In this document: positions 18,749 to 28,786 of the stretch, piece by piece
Numbering within the stretch: the stretch's first letter is position 1
Layout of the letters: every line of letters starts with the position of its first letter
NCBI GenBank assembly: GCA_902786465.1
Contig: CADACQ010000009.1
Span: 87,501-151,500 of the forward strand
Length of the DNA stretch: 64,000 nt
Origin: an uncultured Eubacteriales bacterium
GTDB taxonomy: Bacteria > Bacillota > Clostridia > Christensenellales > CAG-138
Reading direction: 5' to 3'
Translations under genes and position numbers: made by a program
The notes under the pieces: generated by a model
What the model saw: only the letters and a program-made list of their open reading frames with translations
Databases searched by the model: none
Told to the model about the DNA's origin: nothing

Positions 18749-19821
18749 AAGCGCCTCCTACGAAACAGGGACCGGCCCCACAGCAGCCCCAGGGGCGCCA
18801 ACAGCAGCAGATACCCCCAGCGGTAGACCAGGCGGACGGCGAAGAGCACCTGGTCGGAATCGAAGTTGAACAGCAGCACCAGTCCCATGCACAGCAGCAC
18901 CAGCAACGCCCCAACGGGGCGAATGTCCTCCACGGCCATGGTCCGGCACAGGAGCAGGGCGGCAGCGTAAAGATAGAAGGCGGCGGCTACCAGGCCCGTG
19001 GCCACCCACAGGAACAGCACCAGCATATCGAGGCGCAGGCCCAGGCGCTCCTGCCGAGCGGCCATGGTCATGCAATACACAGGGGCGCTGAGGGAGGCCA
19101 TGTCCGGCCCGAAGAAGGTGAGCCCCAGTCCGAGATGGAGGGAAAAGGCCCCGGCCCCGCCCAGCAGCAGGCCCCGGTCCACGCCGCTCAGGGTGTTTTT
19201 TCTCCCCTGGCACCCCTTCCCCACGGCGAACAGGGCGAGTCCCGGCGCCAGGAAGCGCAGCAGGGCCGAACCGGTCTGATCCAAGAATGTGGAGAAGCAG
19301 GGGCTGAACAGAGGGAACAGATGATAGAGGGCGAAGGCCGGGGACGCCAGCAGCAGCGTCAGCGCCAAGGCGAGGGCGGCGGGGAGCAGCAGGAGCTTGG
19401 CCATGCGCCCCACGCACTCCATGCCCCGCAGCACCAGCAACAGCAGCACCGGCAGCAGGTAGAGTACGATGGGCACATAGTCCGCCTCCACGAAGATGTA
19501 TCGCTCCATGGCCAGGGTGAACCGAAAGAGGGGCAGGGCCGCCGAGAGCACCAGGCCCGCGACGAGGGGCAGAGCCAGAGTCTTGAGTCCCCCGGACAGC
19601 AGGTCGCTCAGCTCCCGGGCCTCCTGGCGGGCCATGGCCCCGTCCACCAGCCGCAACAGCAACAGCGACAGCAGCGCCCCGGCGGCAGTGGCCATATAGC
19701 ACACGTTCCCCTGGGCGAAGGTGTCGCTGACGTTCACGGAGAAGATGCCGGAGATGAGGGCGGCGATGCCCACGGCGCAGGCGCTCTCCTGCCGGCCGAA
19801 GCGGCCCAGGCGCAGGTTCAT
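18745..19821 (-). CDS. GerAB-type spore germination permease
   Basis: Trimmed to the ATG at 19821, which forms an ATGA overlap with the gerAA stop. It reads MNLRLGRFGRQESACAVGIAALISG... and is a polytopic APC-like membrane protein. Confidence 0.8.
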   Translation of the reverse strand: MNLRLGRFGRQESACAVGIAALISGIFSVNVSDTFAQGNVCYMATAAGALLSLLLLRLVDGAMARQEARELSDLLSGGLKTLALPLVAGLVLSAALPLFRFTLAMERYIFVEADYVPIVLYLLPVLLLLVLRGMECVGRMAKLLLLPAALALALTLLLASPAFALYHLFPLFSPCFSTFLDQTGSALLRFLAPGLALFAVGKGCQGRKNTLSGVDRGLLLGGAGAFSLHLGLGLTFFGPDMASLSAPVYCMTMAARQERLGLRLDMLVLFLWVATGLVAAAFYLYAAALLLCRTMAVEDIRPVGALLVLLCMGLVLLFNFDSDQVLFAVRLVYRWGYLLLLAPLGLLWGRSLFRRRRL

Positions 19822-21407
19822 AGGGCCGCCTCCCCGTTCATATCGTCCTGAGCATGCCCCTGGCCCGTGACCTGGCCCCGGAAGAACAGGGTCTCCCGGG
19901 CCACCGTCCTGGGGGCATAGGGTGAGAGGAATGGCACGCCGAAGGACTTCTGGTCTACGAGCAGGACGAGGGCGGCCATGATCCCGCAGCTGAAGCCCAA
20001 CAGCCCGCCCATGAGGGCCAACAGACACAGGGCCACCCGGTAGCAGGCCACGGCGATCTGCAGGTCGTAATTGGGGATGACGAAGTTGCCGAGACCCGTG
20101 AGAGCCACGATGATGAGAGCCACGGTGGAGACGAAGTTGGCAGACACCGCCGCCTGGCCCAGGATGAGGCCGCCGATAATGCCCACGGTCTGGCCCACGG
20201 TGCCCGGCACCCGGACGCCCGCCTCCCGGACCAGCTGGAACACCGTCAGCAGAAAGATCATCTCCGCCCCCATGGGCAAGAACACCAGCTTGCGGGAGGA
20301 GACGACCGTGGAAAGGATATCGCTGGACAAAAGTCCCTGGTGATGGTACGCCAGGGCCAGGAAGTAGGCGGGCATGAGGACGGACACCGCCGCCCCGAAG
20401 AGCCGCACGAATCGGATGATGGACCCGGCGGACCGCCGAAGGTAGCTGTCCTCAGCGGTGAGCAGCAGCCCCGACAGGGTCACTGGCAGGATCAGGACCT
20501 GGGGGCTGCCCTCCACCAGGATCACCACCTTCCCCGCCATCACCGCGGCGGCGGCCCGGTCCGGCCGCTCCGTCAGCAGGGTCTGGGGCACCGGGGACCA
20601 GGGCCGATCCTCGATGCGCTGGCCCAAGGTCCCGGCGGACAGCAGCAGGTCCGTCTTCACCCCGTCCAGGCGCTTCTTCACCTCCAGGAGCAAGGCTTCG
20701 TTGCACACCCCGTCCAGGTAGCAAAGGGCCAGCTTCACGTTGTTTTTGCTGCCGATATCCCGAAATTCGCACACGAAGTCCGCCCGCCGGACGATGCGCC
20801 TCAAAAGGGTGATGCTGATCCTGAGGTTCTCGTGGAAGGCTTCCCGGGGACCCACCACCGTGCTCTCGTTCTGGGCGGTGCCCACGCCCCGGCAGGCGTA
20901 GCCCCGGGTGTCCAGGAGGACGGCCTCCCGTTCCCCCTCCAGCAGCACCGCTGTGCGCCCCTCCAGGATTGCCTGCTCCACCTGGGCCCAGCGGTCCGTC
21001 TTCTCCGCCTCCTGAAGGGAGAAGACAGCCTCCAGGGCGTAGTCCGCCAGGCCCTTGCCGCTCGGAGGCAAGGGGTGCTCCATGGCCTGCTTCAGGATGA
21101 AGTCGCTGATCCCGGCCCCGTCGGCCATGCCGTTGAGGAACACGGCGAGGGCGTTCACGGACCCGCAAAAGCGGAAATCCCTCAGGATAAGGTCCGTATT
21201 CACCTCCGCCGAGAAGGCCGTCTCCAATCGCCGCTTGCTCTCCCGCAAGCTTTTGGGTACGGTCCGCCCGTCGGGCGTTTCGGGAACAGGCGACCGTTTT
21301 CGCCCATGAAAAAAGGACGGTTCGCCCGGCTCCGCTTCCAGGAGCTCGAATCGTCCATCCGGTTCGTCAAAGCGCAGCGCGCGCCCGATGGTTTCCAAAG
21401 CTTTCAT
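19818..21407 (-). CDS. GerAA-type spore germination protein
   Basis: 529 aa with a soluble N-terminal domain and C-terminal TM segments (...GIIGGLILGQAAVSANFVS...), typical of the GerA family. Confidence 0.9.
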   Translation of the reverse strand: MKALETIGRALRFDEPDGRFELLEAEPGEPSFFHGRKRSPVPETPDGRTVPKSLRESKRRLETAFSAEVNTDLILRDFRFCGSVNALAVFLNGMADGAGISDFILKQAMEHPLPPSGKGLADYALEAVFSLQEAEKTDRWAQVEQAILEGRTAVLLEGEREAVLLDTRGYACRGVGTAQNESTVVGPREAFHENLRISITLLRRIVRRADFVCEFRDIGSKNNVKLALCYLDGVCNEALLLEVKKRLDGVKTDLLLSAGTLGQRIEDRPWSPVPQTLLTERPDRAAAAVMAGKVVILVEGSPQVLILPVTLSGLLLTAEDSYLRRSAGSIIRFVRLFGAAVSVLMPAYFLALAYHHQGLLSSDILSTVVSSRKLVFLPMGAEMIFLLTVFQLVREAGVRVPGTVGQTVGIIGGLILGQAAVSANFVSTVALIIVALTGLGNFVIPNYDLQIAVACYRVALCLLALMGGLLGFSCGIMAALVLLVDQKSFGVPFLSPYAPRTVARETLFFRGQVTGQGHAQDDMNGEAAL

Positions 21408-21443
21408 GGGGAAAGGATAGACACGATCCCCTCCCTCTATTCC

Positions 21444-22166
21444 CTATCGCAACAGCAAAAAGGCGTGGACCTGGTCCGTTTCCTCCTCGCTGAGGACCAC
21501 GACGCGCTCCTCTCCGGACCGCCCAAAGGCGGCCTTGATCCGCTGGCCCGGCCGGATCTCCCGGCGATAGACCAGCGTCACGTCGTCGAAGCGGTCCATG
21601 TCCTCGTCCTCAGGCAGGGCCTCGCTGAACAGGTCCATGTAGGCGGTGTTGTGGACGTGGTCGTTGCAGTCGATCATGGCCCGATTCACCTGGACCGACA
21701 CGGTGCGTTCCGGGGTGAAGGCGGGAGCCTCCCGGGGGAAGGCGTAGCCGGGGAAGGTCTGATGATCCTGCTCCAGGCCGTAGGGCTCCACGATCTCGGG
21801 GGTCATGCGCAGGACCCGGGTGTTGTGCTCGTCCAGCACCAGCCAGGAGGAGGTGGCTTTGGCCGCCGCTTGCCCCTGCTGGTCGTACAGCATAAAGTCG
21901 CGGGTGGTCTGGAGCCGCCCGTAGCCGCTGGCCCAGGTGAGGCCGCTGACCGTTTGGGACAGCAGGGGCCGATGGTCCACGACCAGCCGCCAGCCCACCA
22001 CCATCCAGGAAAGATGACACTTCTCCCGGTCCATGAGCCCCTGGCCGATCCTGGTCCCATGGATGCAGGCAAGGTTGGTCAGCATGATCAAGAAGCCCTT
22101 GTTGGAGAGCACGAAGCCCTTGCCCGTGTCCTCCAGCCGGACCAGGAAATCCTGTTTGACTTGCAT
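21444..22166 (-). CDS. Acyl-ACP thioesterase family protein
   Basis: 240 aa with a tandem hotdog pattern, including a C-terminal DCNDHVHNTAYMD motif. Confidence 0.75.
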   Translation of the reverse strand: MQVKQDFLVRLEDTGKGFVLSNKGFLIMLTNLACIHGTRIGQGLMDREKCHLSWMVVGWRLVVDHRPLLSQTVSGLTWASGYGRLQTTRDFMLYDQQGQAAAKATSSWLVLDEHNTRVLRMTPEIVEPYGLEQDHQTFPGYAFPREAPAFTPERTVSVQVNRAMIDCNDHVHNTAYMDLFSEALPEDEDMDRFDDVTLVYRREIRPGQRIKAAFGRSGEERVVVLSEEETDQVHAFLLLR

Positions 22167-22207
22167 AAACGTCTCTCCCCTATCTATAAGTATGCAAAGC
22201 GGGTGCT

Positions 22208-22243
22208 ACGGAAAAGCGGCGCAGCCGTGGAAGCTGCGCCGCT
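22208..22243 (-). terminator. Terminator after ppdK
   Basis: Minus strand reads AGCGGCGCAGC-ttccacg-GCTGCGCCGCT followed by TTTTCC. Confidence 0.6.
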
Positions 22244-22266
22244 CGGTCAACGTTTCGGAAGGCGCT

Positions 22267-24894
<2,628 letters not shown>

Positions 24895-24935
24895 GTTCTT
24901 TTTCCTCCCGTATAAGATTTGGTTTGGAACGATTT

Positions 24936-24964
24936 ATTATATCAATCCATCGACAGGATTGCAA
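24936..24964 (-). promoter_or_regulatory. Sigma-A-like promoter of ppdK
   Basis: Minus strand reads TTGCAA - 17 nt - TATAAT. Confidence 0.5.
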
Positions 24965-25002
24965 GGATTTTTCATCCTTTTGAGCTCTCGATGCGTGAAA
25001 TG

Positions 25003-25030
25003 ATACAAAAAGGGAGAGCAGATCTCCCCT
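25003..25030 (-). terminator. Terminator after the AEC transporter gene
   Basis: Minus strand reads GGGAGA-tctgc-TCTCCC followed by TTTTTG. Confidence 0.6.
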
Positions 25031-25034
25031 TTGC

Positions 25035-25973
25035 TCAGCAATACCCCATGCCCCGGAGGGCCAACACCCAGAGGAACATGGTGAACAGGGACAGCAATGA
25101 CGTGGTGGCCACGATCTCCGCCGCCAGCTCCCCGTCGCCGCCCAGCTCGTAGCTCATGGCCACGGACACCACCGCCGTGGGGGCCGCCGTAGCCGTCATG
25201 ATGCCCACCAGCGCCGCGTCCCGGAAGCCCAGGAGCACCGCCGCGGGGACCACCAGCAGCGGAGAAAGGATCAGCCGCGCCGCTGACACGCCCAGGACCA
25301 GCTTCTTGTTCTTGGCCATGGACTGGAGGGTCAGGGACGCGCCCACCAGCACCATGGCGAAGGGGGTGGCGGCGCTGCCCAGGGCCTTCATGGGCTTGTC
25401 CACATACTCGGGGAAGGTGATCTTGAAAGCGGCACACAGGGCGCCCAGGGCCGAGGCGATGATGAGGGGGTTCTTGATGATGTTCAGCAGTATCTTGCCT
25501 ACGTTGACCTTGCCGCCCCGCAGGAGCTCGAAGGTCAACACCGCCAGCAGATTGAAGGAGGGGACAACCACGGACACCAGCAGGCTCACGGGGCCCACAT
25601 TCTCCGGCCCGCAGAGCTGCTCGGCGTAGGCCATGCCCAGCAGCACGAAGTTGCTCCGATACATGGCCTGGATGGCTACGGAGGACTGCCGATAATCCTT
25701 GATGATGCGGGGCACCGTCAGCATATAGACGGCGAAAAGGAAGAACACGGCGGCGGCCCCGAACAGCAGGAGCTTGCCGCTGTCCGCCCCGGAGAAGTTG
25801 GCGTTGCGCACGTTGTTGAACAGGCTGAAGAACAGGAAGGACCGGAACAGGAGGGCGTTCATCTTGGGCAGGTCCTCCGTCTTCAGAATCTTCATCTTCC
25901 GAAGCACGGCGCCGGTGGCCATATAGAAATACAGCGGGAAGAGGGCCAGAAACGTGTTGGTCAGCAGCTGCAT
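25035..25973 (-). CDS. AEC (auxin efflux carrier) family transporter
   Basis: 312 aa with about 10 TM segments and the typical AEC N- and C-terminal repeat organisation. Confidence 0.8.
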   Translation of the reverse strand: MQLLTNTFLALFPLYFYMATGAVLRKMKILKTEDLPKMNALLFRSFLFFSLFNNVRNANFSGADSGKLLLFGAAAVFFLFAVYMLTVPRIIKDYRQSSVAIQAMYRSNFVLLGMAYAEQLCGPENVGPVSLLVSVVVPSFNLLAVLTFELLRGGKVNVGKILLNIIKNPLIIASALGALCAAFKITFPEYVDKPMKALGSAATPFAMVLVGASLTLQSMAKNKKLVLGVSAARLILSPLLVVPAAVLLGFRDAALVGIMTATAAPTAVVSVAMSYELGGDGELAAEIVATTSLLSLFTMFLWVLALRGMGYC

Positions 25974-25976
25974 GGG

Positions 25977-26744
25977 TCACTCCTGTTCCGTCGCCTGAGG
26001 CGGCATATGCAATGAGGCGAACAAGGCCGCGGCCTTTTCGATGCCGGGCAGGTACAGTTTAGCATAGGGGACGAGATGTGACAAGACTTCCCCGCGAAGG
26101 GGCTCCTTCATCCTGACCCGGCCCAGCTGGTCGTCGTCGAGGAGCAGCATCCGCCGCATGGCCTCCAGGGCCGTTTTCCCGATCCGCCGCCCCACGGGGG
26201 AGCAGGCCATGCACACCGCCCCGCCCCGATCGGGCAGGAAGCGGATGAGGGGGTCCTCCCGAAGGTCCCGGCCGCAGACGGCGCAGTGGGTGATGGCGGG
26301 GCGAAAGCCAGCCAGGGACAGGAAGCGGACCAGAAAGCAAGCCGTCAGGTCCCCGGGGTCGTTCTCCCCGTAGGTCAAGAAGGACAGGGTGTGATAGAGC
26401 AGGGAGAAGATGGCCTCGCTGCTCTCCTCCGCCTGGACGCCCTCCAGGCACAGGGCCGCGCAAAGGGAGGCCGCGGCGAATCGGCCCACGTCCTCCCGCA
26501 GGGGGTAGAAGCTTTCCAGCACCTCCCCCTGGTCGATGATGTACTTGTTCTTGTGATAGAAGAGCTGATACTCCCCGTAGGTGAAGGGCTGGGTGCAGGC
26601 CAGCAGCGGCGACGTGGCCTTGCGGCAGTTCCGCGCCTTGGCGTCCACCCGGCCCTGCTCCGCTGTGAACAGGGTGAGAATCCTATCGTTGTCCCGGTAA
26701 TCCACCGTCCGGATCACCATGCCCCTGAGGGTCAGATCCGCCAT
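25977..26744 (-). CDS. recO: DNA repair protein RecO
   Basis: 255 aa with an OB-fold N-terminus (GMVIRTVDYRDNDRILTLFT) and a Cys4 zinc motif (CAVCG...CMAC). Confidence 0.9.
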   Translation of the reverse strand: MADLTLRGMVIRTVDYRDNDRILTLFTAEQGRVDAKARNCRKATSPLLACTQPFTYGEYQLFYHKNKYIIDQGEVLESFYPLREDVGRFAAASLCAALCLEGVQAEESSEAIFSLLYHTLSFLTYGENDPGDLTACFLVRFLSLAGFRPAITHCAVCGRDLREDPLIRFLPDRGGAVCMACSPVGRRIGKTALEAMRRMLLLDDDQLGRVRMKEPLRGEVLSHLVPYAKLYLPGIEKAAALFASLHMPPQATEQE

Positions 26745-26850
26745 GCTCCTTCTCCCGCAGCCGGGCGTACTTGAGATACGCCTCCACCCGGCCGCTTTCG
26801 TAAAATGCCTGAAAAGCCTTCTTTTCTTCCTCTGTCGTAAACGGTGTCAT
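26683..26850 (-). CDS. YqzL-like small protein
   Basis: Too short for the ORF track at 55 aa. The ATG at 26850 is preceded by AAAGGAGG. It reads MTPFTTEEEKKAFQAFYESGRVEAYLKYARLRE.... It sits between era and recO as in Bacillus, and its 3' end overlaps the recO start. Confidence 0.55.
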   Translation of the reverse strand: MTPFTTEEEKKAFQAFYESGRVEAYLKYARLREKEHGGSDPQGHGDPDGGLPGQR

Positions 26851-26922
26851 GAACGCCTCCTTTCAGAAAAAGTATGGGCTCATGATTGGTTCAACTATAC
26901 AAGGTCTCCGTTTTCCAACTCT

Positions 26923-27077
26923 GTCAAATCCAGCGACATGCGCGGTGGATTTGACTCATCGCAGGTCTCGCCGCCCGGTAAACCGCAAGGTTTATAGGCG
27001 AGACCTGGAAGCGAAGCGAAGGCGGAGCGCCCCGCCGCAGCGGTCCAGTCTGTCGAAACCGCAGGTCTCGACAGACT
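26923..27077 (-). other. Cluster of three stem-loops sharing a CGCAGGTCTCG motif (structured RNA or repeat element, unassigned)
   Basis: Three hairpins are present. H1 is 26923..26955, with 10-bp arms GTCAAATCCA/TGGATTTGAC. H2 is 26962..27007, with 11-bp arms CAGGTCTCGCC/GGCGAGACCTG plus an inner TAAACC/GGTTTA stem. H3 is 27047..27077, with 10-bp arms AGTCTGTCGA/TCGACAGACT. None is followed by a U-tract. Confidence 0.4.
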
Positions 27078-27079
27078 AA

Positions 27080-27928
27080 TTAGCCTTCGTAGCCCAGCTC
27101 ATTGAGGACGCTCTGCCGGTTGCGCCAGTCGTCCTTGATCTTCACCCAGAGCTGCAGATTCACCTTGACCCCCAGGAGCCACTCCATGTCCTCCCGGGCT
27201 GCGGAGCCGATCCGCTTTAGCATGGACCCGCCCCGGCCGATGATGATGCCCTTGTGGCTGTCCCGTTCGCAGAGGATGGTGGCGTAACAGTCCATGATCT
27301 GCCCGTCAGGCCGAAGCTCCATCTTGTCCATGCTGACGCCGATGCCGTGGGGCACCTCGTCCTTGAGGAGCTCCAGGGCCTTCTCCCGGATCATCTCGGC
27401 ACAGATCAGCCGCTCCGGTTGGTCCGTCACCATGTCCGGGGGATAGTACTGGGGCCCCTCGGTGAGATAGCTGAGGAGCAGGGCCTCCAACTCTACGAGG
27501 CCCGTGCCCTTGAAGGCGGAGATATGGTGGATATTGTCGAAGCCGGCCCCCCGCAGGACTTCCTCCGCCTCGTCGATCTGCAGTTTCGTGGCGATGTCGC
27601 ACTTGTTGAGGAGCACGATCACGGGGCACTTCGATTGCTTCAGCCGCTCCATGATCTGCCGGTCCCGCTCCCCCACCCCCTTGCGGGCGTCCACCAGGAA
27701 GAGGATGGCCTCCACGTCGGAGAGACAGTCCCCGGCGGTCTTCTGCATGTACTCCCCCAGCTTGTTCTTGGGGGTGGTCATGCCGGGGGTGTCCAGGATC
27801 CGGTTCCGGGTGGTCTGGGCCCGGTCCGTGACGATGGAGATCTTCTGGCCGACGAGGGCGTTGATAAGGGTGGATTTGCCCACGTTGGGGCAGCCGATCA
27901 GGCTGAAAAAGCCGCTTTTGTACGCCAT
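27080..27928 (-). CDS. era: GTPase Era (with apparent internal in-frame deletion, see findings)
   Basis: 282 aa with G1 GCPNVGKS, G3 DTPG, G4 NKCD and a KH domain (...GIIIGRGGSMLKRIG...). Only 5 residues separate TTRNRI and DTPG. Confidence 0.9.
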   Translation of the reverse strand: MAYKSGFFSLIGCPNVGKSTLINALVGQKISIVTDRAQTTRNRILDTPGMTTPKNKLGEYMQKTAGDCLSDVEAILFLVDARKGVGERDRQIMERLKQSKCPVIVLLNKCDIATKLQIDEAEEVLRGAGFDNIHHISAFKGTGLVELEALLLSYLTEGPQYYPPDMVTDQPERLICAEMIREKALELLKDEVPHGIGVSMDKMELRPDGQIMDCYATILCERDSHKGIIIGRGGSMLKRIGSAAREDMEWLLGVKVNLQLWVKIKDDWRNRQSVLNELGYEG

Positions 27929-27929
27929 A

Positions 27930-28349
27930 TCAGACCCCCAGGTCCTTGGGTCCGAAGGAGTGGGGCAGCAGCGTCTCGAAGTCGGACACGTCCACCTTGG
28001 TCCTGTCCCGGTTGGCGGTGACGATGATGAAATCCTTGTCGCAGAACTCCGCCATCACCTGGCGGCACACGCCGCAGGGAAAGCCCATCTCCTCCCCCGT
28101 GGCGATGACGGCGATGGCCCGAAAGGCCCGATGGCCGTCGTAGACCGCCTTGAAGAAGGCCGTGCGCTCGGCGCAGATGGTGGGGGTGAAGCCAGCGTTC
28201 TCGATATTGCAGCCCTGATAGATCTGGCCGTCCGCCGTCAAGAGGGCCGCGCCCACGTTGTATTTCGAATAGGGGGCGTAGGAATGGTCCCGGGCCTCCT
28301 GGGCCTTGTCCAGCAGCAGGTCTATCTCCTGTCGCGTCAGTTGGTTCAT
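27930..28349 (-). CDS. cdd: Cytidine deaminase
   Basis: 139 aa with the motifs CAERTA and PCGVCRQ. Confidence 0.9.
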   Translation of the reverse strand: MNQLTRQEIDLLLDKAQEARDHSYAPYSKYNVGAALLTADGQIYQGCNIENAGFTPTICAERTAFFKAVYDGHRAFRAIAVIATGEEMGFPCGVCRQVMAEFCDKDFIIVTANRDRTKVDVSDFETLLPHSFGPKDLGV

Positions 28350-28786
28350 CTCGTTTCACCGATCCTTTCCAAAATAGTCCGCTGGCGAGCGCGCATGACC
28401 TGCTCCTCCGCCTCGTTCATATGGTCGTATCCCAGGATATGGAGGGTGCCGTGGACCGCCAGAAAGGCCAGCTCCCGGCTCAAGCTGTGGCCGTACTCCG
28501 CCGCCTGCTCCACGGCCCGGCTGCGGCAGATCATGATGTCCCCCAGATACCCGTCGGGGGAGCCCAAAAGGGCCTCCCCTTCCCGGCTGGGGAAGGTGAG
28601 CACGTCCGTGACCCGATCCACGTTCCGAAAGTCCCGGTTGAGCTGTTGGATATGGTCCGGTCCCGCCACCAGCACGGTGATGTCCCCCGCTGCGCCCTCC
28701 ATTTCGAGGGCCGTTTCACAGGCGGTGCGGATGCACTCTTCCTCCTCCGCCGTCAGGGCCTCGTCCTCTGCGTATACTTCGATCAT
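28346..28786 (-). CDS. ybeY: rRNA maturation endoribonuclease YbeY
   Basis: 146 aa with the HGTLHILGYDH metal-binding motif. Confidence 0.9.
   Translation of the reverse strand: MIEVYAEDEALTAEEEECIRTACETALEMEGAAGDITVLVAGPDHIQQLNRDFRNVDRVTDVLTFPSREGEALLGSPDGYLGDIMICRSRAVEQAAEYGHSLSRELAFLAVHGTLHILGYDHMNEAEEQVMRARQRTILERIGETR

Noticed and set aside
19822-20028. N-terminal extension of the gerAB ORF
   Set aside because: It overlaps gerAA in another frame. The ATG at 19821 gives the typical ATGA overlap and a sensible GerAB N-terminus. I trimmed kamD (to 41696), GH13 (to 54067), DUF2156 (to 54972), the ECF S-component (to 38770) and yqfC (to 33360) for analogous reasons.
26997-27030. ACCTGGAAGCGAAGCGAAGG resembles the GGAAGGAAGC core of SRP (4.5S) RNA
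   Set aside because: The similarity is limited to a few purines. The flanking conserved SRP helices and the matching 3' strand are absent.
26901-27070. Four GGTCTC/GAGACC (type IIS BsaI-like) sites within about 170 nt, considered as a possible cloning scar
   Set aside because: The sites are integral parts of the hairpin arms and repeated motif described in the findings. There is no vector-like sequence or junction around them, so a natural repeat or structure is the simpler explanation.
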